Source: a virus. Taken from it: a stretch of DNA of 10,300 nucleotides. A program made the position numbers and the translations under genes. Shown piece by piece: positions 1-7,687 of the stretch (within the stretch, counting starts at the first letter, position 1; every line of letters begins with the position of its first letter). Below the pieces are notes generated by a model, which was not told the DNA's origin, made no database searches, and was given only the letters and a program-made list of their open reading frames with translations. The stretch lies in the UHGV virus genome UHGV-0365264. One strand, 5' to 3'.

Positions 1-285
1 TAGTGGTTTACCGCTGGCGCTTTTACCCTGTCCCTGCCGGATGAATAACAGATTGCCATTTTTCACCGACGCAATAGCACCGTACTGGCGCGCCAGCCGC
101 ATCAGAAAACTGCCGTCACTCTCATTGGTCTGGTCTATATGTTCCACGGGTTTATCTGACAGGTCTTTACCCAATGCCATCTTCAGTTTGTGCCGCACAG
201 CTATTTCCTTCACCACTTTCCCGACGGTGGTCTTGTGCCACGACTTTTCACGGCGGGTACAGTAGCTGCACGACTCACCATCGCT
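1..285 (-). pseudogene. D: Fragment of P2 gpD-like tail protein (late control gene D family); N-terminal part missing, C-terminal part continues beyond window start
   Basis: Minus-strand translation reads ...RREKSWHKTTVGKVVKEIAVRHKLKMALGKDLSDKPVEHIDQTNESDGSFLMRLARQYGAIASVKNGNLLFIRQGQGKSASGKPL, which matches the central region of P2 gpD as I recall it (RREESWH...HIDQSQESD..FL.RLA...SVK.G.LLF.R.GQG..ASGK). An in-frame TGA at 286-288 lies 9 codons upstream of the first matching residues, and no gpD N-terminal sequence is seen in any frame. Confidence 0.5.
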
Positions 286-563
286 TCACCGCCTTTTGCG
301 GGAAGCGCCAAAGGATGCAACGGTGGAAGCTCTGCTGGCGCGGCAGCAACCCCCATCATTCCGGCGACAACGGCAGCCAGTGCAGCTGTATTTCTCCGGC
401 TGGTCACGTTTGCCGGGCCGTTAACAATTTCCGGCCCGTTTTCACCGACGATGCCAAACTGCCCGCGCGGGATATAGCCGCCGCTGTCATACATCCCCGC
501 AAAGCCATATCCCCATGACGGAAAATCACCCGATGGCATCATCACTTTACCGTCTGCATTCAT
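210..563 (-). pseudogene. Tail tape measure protein C-terminal fragment (gpT-like remnant)
   Basis: Frame open from 615 to the TGA at 210-212. It contains GYGFAGMYDSGGYIPRGQFGIVGENGPEIVNGPANVTS, a Gly-rich segment with a VGE.GPE-type motif typical of tape measure C-termini. Only about 100 aa are present, overlapping the 3' end of the M-like ORF and the 5' edge of the gpD-like fragment in other frames. Confidence 0.4.
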
Positions 564-954
564 CCGCCATTTCTTCCGCCAGAACGGTCTGCACGTTACG
601 GTTGCCCAGCGGCATCACCCAGCCATGGCGCAGCGCATGACGCCCGATTTCCAGCGCACCGGCATAATCACCGGCGTCGATACGCCACAGCATCACGTAC
701 ATCAGCACGTCATCCTGCTGCGCACCTCCGGCAGCCAGCACGCCCTCCGCCCAGGCGGCATACTTCGGCAGAAGCTCCACCTTGATTGCCGCCTTTTTCA
801 CGGTGGACTGGATACCCTTAAGGCGGCGGCGGTCTTCTGCCAGCTGCAGCAGCATCAGGTCATAGCCGGACGCATGGCGAACACTGCCGCCCTCCCGGGC
901 GGCCTGTTCGGCCTGAATGCGCAGGCGGTGCTGCCGTGCGGGACTCAGGCTCAT
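547..954 (-). CDS. M: Terminase small (endonuclease) subunit, gpM-like; apparently C-terminally truncated (135 aa versus about 247 aa in P2)
   Basis: Position immediately downstream of the capsid gene in O-N-M order. Start is preceded by GAGGAG with a 6-nt spacer. N-terminal region is Arg/Ala-rich like the gpM family. ORF ends at TAA 547-549, where tape-measure-like sequence begins in another frame. Confidence 0.65.
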   Translation of the reverse strand: MSLSPARQHRLRIQAEQAAREGGSVRHASGYDLMLLQLAEDRRRLKGIQSTVKKAAIKVELLPKYAAWAEGVLAAGGAQQDDVLMYVMLWRIDAGDYAGALEIGRHALRHGWVMPLGNRNVQTVLAEEMADECRR

Positions 955-957
955 GCG

Positions 958-2052
958 TTACTCCTCAGTTTCTGTTTCGGCGGGTTCTTCCACAGGCGCA
1001 GACTGCACCGCAGCTGGCTCGCTGAAGTCACCGATAGTGATGTTTTCGACCAAGGCCGCGCAGCGGTAGTCTTCAATCACATACGCTTCGTTGACGGATT
1101 CGAAGTTCTCAATCCGGTCACGTTTCGGGTTGTCGATAACAGAACGGCGGCGGGTGTCCTCCTGCCAGTAGATGGACAGGTTATCCAGACGGGTGATCAG
1201 CAGGGCATTAGCCGGGAAGAACGGCGCACGCACCGCCTGCAGGCCGCCCATGCGTTTCTGGCTGATAATCAGATCGGCGGCGATTTTCTCGCTGTTTTCC
1301 TGCTCTTTGTTAACCAGCGGGAAATACTTATCGGACAGCAACTCGCGGCTGCAGATAACAACCAGCTCATCATCATCCTGATACACCACGTCGATCAGCT
1401 CGTTAACCGCATCCATCACCACGGCGTCCAGGTTGGTATAGTCGCCGCCCTTGCCCACCTTTACCGCGCCTGCGGTGGTGGTGCCGTCCTGGGTGGTGCT
1501 GCCCATAACGTGGTCCGGCGCGTCTTCGCGGATTTTCTGCAGCCAGCCCTTATTCACGTCCTGCAGCAGCGGGTTTTCTGCGCGGTTGGAGGTTTTGGCG
1601 CGCTTCACTCCGTTAAAGCCGATCATAATGCGGTCCAGCGCCTGGCGCTTGACAATGGCGTTACGGATACGCACCTGGAAGTCCTGAAATTTCGCCCACA
1701 GGTCCAGCTTTGCGTAGGTCAGCACCGTGTCAAAGTTGGTCTGTTCGCATTTATATTCCACGTCCTCCATCAGCATCGGATCGGTAGGTTCGCGCTCTTT
1801 GGTGGTGGTGTCGGTGGTTCCGGCAATGGTGGAGCCAACGCCCAGGCCAAGCAACTGGCCGGACTGTTCCGCAACCGGCGTGATGTTAATCAGCGTCAGA
1901 AAAGCGGCGGACTGCTGGATCTGGTCTTCCAGCGTCTGCTGCACGGACGGGTCCACGGTGAACTTGCTGGAAAGTTCTTCCACTTCCACGTTGTTCAGGC
2001 GTGCCAGCTGCTGCAGGTAGGCGTTAAAGGCAAAGCGGGTATTCTTTTTCAT
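958..2052 (-). CDS. N: Major capsid protein, P2 gpN family
   Basis: 364-aa ORF. N-terminus MKKNTRFAFNAYLQQLARLNN...KFTVDPSVQQTLE and internal KGGDYTNLDAVVMDA, VICSRELLSDKYFPLVNKEQENSEKIAADLIISQKRMG and LITRLDNLSIYWQ are colinear with P2 gpN as recalled. AGGAG lies upstream of the ATG. Confidence 0.93.
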   Translation of the reverse strand: MKKNTRFAFNAYLQQLARLNNVEVEELSSKFTVDPSVQQTLEDQIQQSAAFLTLINITPVAEQSGQLLGLGVGSTIAGTTDTTTKEREPTDPMLMEDVEYKCEQTNFDTVLTYAKLDLWAKFQDFQVRIRNAIVKRQALDRIMIGFNGVKRAKTSNRAENPLLQDVNKGWLQKIREDAPDHVMGSTTQDGTTTAGAVKVGKGGDYTNLDAVVMDAVNELIDVVYQDDDELVVICSRELLSDKYFPLVNKEQENSEKIAADLIISQKRMGGLQAVRAPFFPANALLITRLDNLSIYWQEDTRRRSVIDNPKRDRIENFESVNEAYVIEDYRCAALVENITIGDFSEPAAVQSAPVEEPAETETEE

Positions 2053-2068
2053 CGGGTTTTATGCTCCT

Positions 2069-2902
2069 TCAGCAATTGGTCAGGGTGCCTGCCGGTGCGT
2101 CACCGCCCGGCGCGCGCTGGCGGTAATCTTTACGACTGTCTTCACGGCTCAGCTGCTGGTGAAGCTCGGCAAAGGCGGCCTGCTGCTCCTGCAGCGAGGA
2201 TTCAAGCTCAGAAATGCGCGCGTCCTGGTCGGACAGGGATTTATCAGTGCGCTCGCTCAGGTTCTGCTGCTCGGTGGCGACCAGCTCAACGGCTTTGTGC
2301 ACGTCTGAGAAACGCGCATCATCGGTCTGCTCTTTTTTGGTGAACAGGGCGGTGACGCGGGCAAAGAGGGACGGCTTTTCGTCCTGGGTTTCTTCCAGTT
2401 CGATCAGCGTTTCTTCGGCGGCGGTAAACAGGTTTTCAGGACTCTGCTTGCGGTTTGCCAGCGGGTTGTGCGCGGCGCTGGCGCTGAAGGTCAGCATCTC
2501 AGTGCCCAGGCTCGCCGGATCGTCAGTGGCGGCCAGGCCCACAAGGTAGGCTTTGCCGGTGTCGGCAAACTTCGGGCTGACTTCCATGGAGGTGAAAAGC
2601 TTCTGGCCTTTCTTGACCAGTTCAACCAGTGCGCTGGTCGGCTCCACGTCGGCATACAGCGCCATCTTGCCCTTCAGGGGGCCATCCTGAATTTCTTCAG
2701 CAACCAGCGCCGTCACCCTGCCGTAGCGGTTGAAGGTGCTTTCCGGCAGATATGACTTGATGTGCTCAAGGTTAATCAGGGCGGTGTAGACCTCCGGGTT
2801 GTAGCTGGCCGCCATCTGCTCCAGCCATTCGCGCTGGATTTCGCGTCCGTCGGTGGTGGCACCTTCCACCCCAATGCGGAAACGCTTTGTTTTCACTGTC
2901 AT
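2069..2902 (-). CDS. O: Capsid scaffolding protein, P2 gpO family
   Basis: 277-aa ORF directly upstream of N on the same strand, with an acidic, coiled-coil-rich C-terminal half. GGAG lies 8 nt upstream of the ATG. Position is that of P2 O, transcribed divergently from P. Confidence 0.88.
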   Translation of the reverse strand: MTVKTKRFRIGVEGATTDGREIQREWLEQMAASYNPEVYTALINLEHIKSYLPESTFNRYGRVTALVAEEIQDGPLKGKMALYADVEPTSALVELVKKGQKLFTSMEVSPKFADTGKAYLVGLAATDDPASLGTEMLTFSASAAHNPLANRKQSPENLFTAAEETLIELEETQDEKPSLFARVTALFTKKEQTDDARFSDVHKAVELVATEQQNLSERTDKSLSDQDARISELESSLQEQQAAFAELHQQLSREDSRKDYRQRAPGGDAPAGTLTNC

Positions 2903-3041
2903 GCCGTGCTCCGTTAGAAATTACTTACTTGAGCCTTATGTTTGCGGTGATGGGGGAGTGAAACAACGCGCGGCGCTTGTACGGTCAGCCACACAAACCG
3001 CAGCCGGGGAAAGCCGCGGGGCAAGGCCGTATGTTTGGGCC
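2903..3041. promoter_or_regulatory. Divergent late promoter region between O and P, with a TGT-N12-ACA element (2978-2995) of the Ogr/Delta activator type
   Basis: 139-bp intergenic region between divergent O and P starts. tgtacggtcagccacaca at 2978-2995 fits TGT-N12-ACA. Its centre is about 85 bp upstream of the O start codon, compatible with a -55 activator site for leftward transcription. Confidence 0.35.
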
Positions 3042-4808
3042 ATGAACACGACAATGACCCCCGCAGACCTCGATCCCCGTCGGCAGGCCATGCTGCTGTA
3101 CTTTCAGGGATACCGCGTAGCCCGCATTGCAGAAATGCTGGGCGAGAAAGTTGCAACCGTTCACAGCTGGAAGAAGCGCGACAAGTGGGGCGAGTATGGG
3201 CCGCTGGATCAGATGCAGCTCACCACCGCCGCGCGCTACTGCCAGCTCATTATGAAGGAGCAGAAAGAAGGGAAAGACTTCAAGGAAATTGACCTGCTGG
3301 CGCGCCAGTCAGAGCGCCACGCCCGGATCGGTAAATTTAACGATGGCGGCAACGAGGCAGATTTAAATCCGAAGGTTGCCAACCGCAACAAAGGCCCGCG
3401 CCGCAAGCCCGAAAAGAACGTTTTTACCGACGAACAGATCGAGAAGCTGCAGGAGGTTTTCCACGGCTCGATGTTCGCCTACCAGCGCCACTGGTACGAG
3501 GCAGGCAACCGCCACCGTATCCGCAACTTGCTCAAATCGCGCCAGATCGGGGCGACCTTCTTTTTTGCCCGGGAGGCGCTGATTGACGCCATCACCACCG
3601 GCCGCAACCAGATTTTTCTTTCAGCCAGCAAGGCACAGGCGCACGTCTTCAAGCAGTACATCATCGACTTTGCAAAAGAGGTGGATGTGGAGCTGAAGGG
3701 CGACCCGATGACGCTCAGCAACGGCGCGTGCCTGTACTTCCTCGGCACCAACGCCCGCACGGCGCAGAGCTACCACGGCAACCTGTACCTGGATGAATAT
3801 TTCTGGATACCGAAATTCCAGGAGCTGCGCAAGGTGGCCTCCGGCATGGCCATTCACAAGAAATGGCGGCAGACCTACTTCTCCACGCCGTCCAGCCTGA
3901 CCCACAGCGCCTATCCGTTCTGGTCCGGCGCCCTGTTCAACCGGGGCCGCGCCAAAGCGGACAAGGTGGATATTGACCTGACCCACGGCAATCTGGCCCC
4001 GGGCCTGCTTTGCCCGGACGGCCAGTACCGCCAGATCGTCACCGTGGAGGATGCGGTGCGCGGCGGCTGTAACCTGTTCGATCTGGATCAGCTGCGGATG
4101 GAGTACAGCCCGGACGAATACCAGAACCTGCTGATGTGCGAATTCATTGACGATCTGGCGTCAGTGTTCCCGCTGAGCGAGCTGCAGGCGTGCATGGTGG
4201 ACAGCTGGGAAGTCTGGTCAGATTTTCAGGCGCTGGCGCTGCGCCCGTTTGGCTGGCGTGAAGTCTGGATCGGCTATGACCCGGCGAAAGGTACGCAGAA
4301 CGGCGACAGCGCCGGATGCGTGGTGGTGGCACCACCCACAGTGCCGGGCGGCAAGTTCCGCATTCTGGAGCGGCACCAGTGGCGCGGGATGGACTTCCGC
4401 GCCCAGGCTGACGCCATTAAAAAGCTGACCCAGCAATATAACGTGACCTATATCGGCATCGACTCGACCGGCGTCGGCCACGGCGTCTATGAGAACGTTA
4501 AGGCGTTCTTCCCTGCCGTGCGCGAATTCGTTTACAACCCCAACGTTAAAAACGCCCTGGTGCTCAAGGCATACGACATTATCAGCCACCGGCGCCTGGA
4601 GTTTGACGCCGGGCACACCGACATTGCGCAGTCCTTTATGGCAATCCGCCGCACCACTACCGCCAGCGGCAACCGCCCCACCTACGAAGCCAGCCGCAGC
4701 GAAGAAGCCAGCCATGCAGATCTGGCCTGGGCAACGATGCACGCACTGTTTAACGAACCGCTGCAGGGCGAAGCCGCCAATACCAGCAACATTGTGGAGA
4801 TTTTTTGA
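3042..4808 (+). CDS. P: Terminase large (ATPase) subunit, P2 gpP family
   Basis: Long ORF whose N-terminus MNTTMTPADLDPRRQAMLLYFQGYRVARIAEMLGE is gpP-like. It has Walker-type and nuclease-like segments and is the first gene of a P-Q operon as in P2. Start chosen at ATG 3042 rather than the upstream in-frame ATG 2853, which would overlap O; no strong SD, so the start is uncertain. Confidence 0.88.
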   Translation: MNTTMTPADLDPRRQAMLLYFQGYRVARIAEMLGEKVATVHSWKKRDKWGEYGPLDQMQLTTAARYCQLIMKEQKEGKDFKEIDLLARQSERHARIGKFNDGGNEADLNPKVANRNKGPRRKPEKNVFTDEQIEKLQEVFHGSMFAYQRHWYEAGNRHRIRNLLKSRQIGATFFFAREALIDAITTGRNQIFLSASKAQAHVFKQYIIDFAKEVDVELKGDPMTLSNGACLYFLGTNARTAQSYHGNLYLDEYFWIPKFQELRKVASGMAIHKKWRQTYFSTPSSLTHSAYPFWSGALFNRGRAKADKVDIDLTHGNLAPGLLCPDGQYRQIVTVEDAVRGGCNLFDLDQLRMEYSPDEYQNLLMCEFIDDLASVFPLSELQACMVDSWEVWSDFQALALRPFGWREVWIGYDPAKGTQNGDSAGCVVVAPPTVPGGKFRILERHQWRGMDFRAQADAIKKLTQQYNVTYIGIDSTGVGHGVYENVKAFFPAVREFVYNPNVKNALVLKAYDIISHRRLEFDAGHTDIAQSFMAIRRTTTASGNRPTYEASRSEEASHADLAWATMHALFNEPLQGEAANTSNIVEIF

Positions 4809-5833
4809 TGGGCAAGAGGAATAAAAACCGCGCTGCAGCTAAACAGAACGTTCAACAGAGCAGCGGCATATCTGCAGAAGCATTCAGCTTTGGCGACCCG
4901 ATCCCGGTACTGGACCGCCGGGAATTGCTGGATTATGTGGAGTGCGTGCAGATGGACCGCTGGTATGAGCCGCCGGTGAGTTTTGACGGGCTGGCGCGCA
5001 CCTACCGCGCCGCCGTGCATCACAGCTCACCGATTGCCGTTAAGCGTGACATTCTCAGCAGCACCTATATCCCGCACCGCCTGCTCAGCCAGCAGGCTTT
5101 TTCCCGTTTCGTTCAGGACTATCTGGTATTCGGCAATGCCTACCTTGAGAAACGCACCAACCGGCTCGGTGGCGTTCTCTCGCTGGAGCCCGCCCTGGCG
5201 AAATATACCCGCCGCGGCGTTGACCTGGACACTTACTGGTTTGTGCAGTACGGATTCACCACGCAGCCCTACGAATTCACGCCGGGAAGCATTTTCCATC
5301 TTCTTGAACCTGATATTAACCAGGAAATATACGGGCTGCCCGGCTACCTCTCAGCCATTCCGTCCGCGCTGCTCAACGAGTCCGCCACGCTGTTTCGCCG
5401 CAAATATTATATTAACGGCAGCCATGCGGGCTTTATCATGTACATGACCGACGCCGCGCAGAACCAGGAGGACGTAAACAACATCCGCCAGGCCATGAAA
5501 AGCGCCAAGGGCCCGGGCAACTTCCGCAACCTGTTCATGTACTCTCCCAACGGCAAAAAAGACGGGATCCAGATCATCCCGCTGTCAGAGGTGGCGGCGA
5601 AAGATGAATTTCTGAATATCAAGAATGTGAGCCGCGATGACATGATGGCTGCGCACCGCGTACCGCCGCAGATGATGGGGATTATGCCAAATAATGTCGG
5701 GGGTTTTGGGGATGTAGAAAAAGCGAGTAAAGTTTTTGTTCGAAATGAGCTCTATCCATTGCAGAAAAAACTAAGAGAGCTTAACACTTGGCTTGGAGAA
5801 GAAATCATTAAGTTTGACGAATACATTTTATAA
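4808..5833 (+). CDS. Q: Portal protein, P2 gpQ family
   Basis: N-terminus MGKRNKNRAAAKQNVQQSSGISAEAFSFGDPIPVLDRRELLDYVEC and later segments (FHLLEPDINQEIYGLPGYLSA, ATLFRRKYYINGSHAGFIMY, IIPLSEVAAKDEF, KVFVRNELYPLQ) are colinear with P2 gpQ as recalled. ATG 4808 overlaps the P stop TGA 4806-4808. Confidence 0.9.
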   Translation: MGKRNKNRAAAKQNVQQSSGISAEAFSFGDPIPVLDRRELLDYVECVQMDRWYEPPVSFDGLARTYRAAVHHSSPIAVKRDILSSTYIPHRLLSQQAFSRFVQDYLVFGNAYLEKRTNRLGGVLSLEPALAKYTRRGVDLDTYWFVQYGFTTQPYEFTPGSIFHLLEPDINQEIYGLPGYLSAIPSALLNESATLFRRKYYINGSHAGFIMYMTDAAQNQEDVNNIRQAMKSAKGPGNFRNLFMYSPNGKKDGIQIIPLSEVAAKDEFLNIKNVSRDDMMAAHRVPPQMMGIMPNNVGGFGDVEKASKVFVRNELYPLQKKLRELNTWLGEEIIKFDEYIL

Positions 5834-5839
5834 AAGAAT

Positions 5840-5863
5840 AGGCCGCAGAAAGCGGCCTTTATT
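5840..5863. terminator. Bidirectional rho-independent terminator between convergent Q and the 454-aa cargo gene
   Basis: aggccgc-agaaa-gcggcct stem-loop followed by TTTATT on the plus strand and a T-rich tract on the minus strand. It lies between the Q stop (5833) and the cargo gene stop (5878). Confidence 0.55.
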
Positions 5864-5877
5864 ATTCCCCAAAAGTA

Positions 5878-7242
5878 TTATTCTTCTTCATCATGTACAA
5901 CTTTTTTTTCGGGAATATCTTCATTTATCTTCTTCGTTCTTGTCAGTCCCGCCTTTCCCAGAACAGCATCCATTTTATCACCACCTTTTTCCACCAAACT
6001 TTTGAAACCATCAGAGGATAACATTTCCATTATTGGAGATGAATGAGCGGTTTCCTCAACGAATCTCAACGGTGGCTCTTCAAGTCGAGTAAGTGCATTG
6101 CCAAAAAGACGCTGTGAGAAATCAGAGTCTAATTGCATCGCTTCTCTACGATAACCTTCATAGGCTTTAGAAACGCTAGCTTTGAATTCATAATCTTCGG
6201 CCAATCTGAATCGTTGACCAATTTGCTTAGTAGCTAACCAAGCAAACCAAAGCGGGGCACCTACACTGAGAATCGATAAGATAAGCTGTATGGTTAGTTT
6301 GATACCAGAGGCATTAGGATTCGATAAGTATGCCTCCAGAGCATGCAATCGAGTATAACCAACAACGGCTCCAGCCCCAAGGGCTGCGATTAAGCCTGCT
6401 ACCCATAGCCTGATACTGGCGTTAAGTTTTCTTGCTTTATCTTCAAAAGCTCCAGCTAAACCTTTAGATGTCGTTGTTCTAAAGGCCTCCTCACATTTAT
6501 CGATATATCCTTGAGCTTCAACCTTAAGTTCAGCCAAATAATCGTTAGCTTCTTTCGCTACATTTTTATGTAATTGTGCAATCGTATTTTTTATGTCATT
6601 TAACTCTTTACCATCAAGCTTTGCCTGTTCTAATCTTTCATTGATTGAATCAGCATTTTTCTCTGAAAGTTCATTTAATTGATTAATTTCCTCATTTGTC
6701 TCCCTAAGAGATTTTAAGGTTGTGGGTAAACTCTCTGCAGCATCATAAGCTTCATTGATTACATTTATCTTGCTATCGAGGTCACCACTTTTCTCCTCAA
6801 TAGTTTGAAGATTAGATTGATACAAACCTAGTCTGTTTATTATTTTTTTTGGAAGAAGTTCTTTGTTATTTAAAACTTCAAACGAAAATAGCTCATTTAT
6901 TTCCGTACTTATATAAAGCATAGAAACAAAATACGATGCAATGGCTGGCCCCGATACATTAGTATTGCTGTGGTTTAAATGGTTTAAATTGGGTTGTGCT
7001 TTATCTAACGAATAAATTATAGAATCTATAATTTCAACGTCATGTTCAGAAGGTTCAAACTTAGTCATCTTGCCTATCTTTTCAGATAGCATTTTCGGGA
7101 AAGATACTAAATCTTCTGAATGTAAGAAGGGATATTGATAATTGTTAACATCAATAAAATCTTGCTGTGGAAAACTTATTGCACTAATAGTGGTATGTAA
7201 ATTATCCAGTTTTTCTTTTAGTTGGTTCAACTTTTCATTCAT
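5878..7242 (-). CDS. Hypothetical cargo protein, 454 aa: coiled-coil N-terminal and central region, two predicted transmembrane helices, about 100-aa acidic C-terminal tail
   Basis: Long ORF in markedly AT-rich DNA. The two hydrophobic helices are LWVAGLIAALGAGAVVGY and IKLTIQLILSILSVGAPLWFAWLA. Heptad-like Lys/Glu/Leu/Asn-rich stretches precede them. A possible promoter (TTGTAA, 18-nt spacer, TACAGT) lies upstream. Confidence 0.7.
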   Translation of the reverse strand: MNEKLNQLKEKLDNLHTTISAISFPQQDFIDVNNYQYPFLHSEDLVSFPKMLSEKIGKMTKFEPSEHDVEIIDSIIYSLDKAQPNLNHLNHSNTNVSGPAIASYFVSMLYISTEINELFSFEVLNNKELLPKKIINRLGLYQSNLQTIEEKSGDLDSKINVINEAYDAAESLPTTLKSLRETNEEINQLNELSEKNADSINERLEQAKLDGKELNDIKNTIAQLHKNVAKEANDYLAELKVEAQGYIDKCEEAFRTTTSKGLAGAFEDKARKLNASIRLWVAGLIAALGAGAVVGYTRLHALEAYLSNPNASGIKLTIQLILSILSVGAPLWFAWLATKQIGQRFRLAEDYEFKASVSKAYEGYRREAMQLDSDFSQRLFGNALTRLEEPPLRFVEETAHSSPIMEMLSSDGFKSLVEKGGDKMDAVLGKAGLTRTKKINEDIPEKKVVHDEEE

Positions 7243-7325
7243 GGCTTCGCCTTTGATTACTGTATGTAAAAGATAAACGTCCTTACAATATCACACTCAT
7301 GACAACTATCAGAGGGTAAGCGCGC

Positions 7326-7347
7326 GCTCGTATCCCCGCCACGCCTG
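7326..7347 (-). other. Candidate cos (cohesive end) site, P2-like
   Basis: The reverse complement of 7327-7345 is GGCGTGGCGGGGATACGAG, matching the recalled P2/P4 cohesive end GGCGAGGCGGGGAAAGCAC at 14 of 19 positions. It sits in a GC-rich island inside AT-rich cargo, in the A-to-Q interval where P2 cos lies. Confidence 0.3.
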
Positions 7348-7394
7348 CCCGCTTTATGTAGTGGTTTTCATGCAGGTGCATGATCTACGCAAAA

Positions 7395-7414
7395 GCCCGC
7401 CAGTTCTGGCGGGC
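7395..7414 (-). terminator. GC-rich hairpin followed by a T-run on the minus strand (terminator-like)
   Basis: gcccgcca-gttc-tggcgggc stem-loop. On the minus strand it is followed by TTTTGCG. Confidence 0.4.
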
Positions 7415-7687
7415 CTTAGCAAAAACGATCCTCAAACGATCATGCAATCTCATGCAGCATAGACATGCACAGACGAGTAAAGCGAATCGGACCTTACGCA
7501 AGGTGAACTCCTCAGCGGGCATAATCAGTATGTCGGAAGATCTCTAAAAATAAATAATTCGGTTAACAGGTATGCTTACAAAAGCATATATTTGATTAAA
7601 AATCATGTAAGGGGGAGGATCTCAAACTGAATCGCCACGGGTTTTACAAATTTCGATAGTCTCTCTAACGTTTCGGCTGAGGTCAAA

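Noticed and set aside
174-518. Plus-strand ORFs 174-518 and 190-477, and ORF 41-265
   Set aside because: They are antisense to the gpD-like and tape-measure-like fragments. Their composition is low-complexity Ala/Pro/Arg-rich, typical of GC-rich artefacts.
625-2343. 572-aa plus-strand ORF spanning the M-N-O region
   Set aside because: It is antisense to three well-supported capsid-module genes in GC-rich DNA, where long spurious ORFs are common. It has no RBS context or recognisable motifs.
2853-3041. Upstream in-frame ATG at 2853 as the start of the large terminase
   Set aside because: It would add an N-terminal extension overlapping the O gene and the divergent promoter region. Family-like sequence begins at MNTTMTPADL (ATG 3042).
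4805-4807. TTG at 4805 as the portal start codon
   Set aside because: The adjacent ATG at 4808 gives the N-terminus MGKRNK... typical of the family and forms the usual stop-start overlap with P.
3035-4824. Various short ORFs inside P on either strand (3035-3292, 3376-3582, 3479-3760, 3621-3986, 4144-4335, 4218-4742, 4489-4824)
   Set aside because: They are nested within the terminase large subunit coding region and are products of GC-rich sequence.
5793-6005. 70-aa plus-strand ORF overlapping the Q stop and the cargo gene
   Set aside because: It runs through the terminator hairpin and is antisense to the 454-aa gene, with no RBS.
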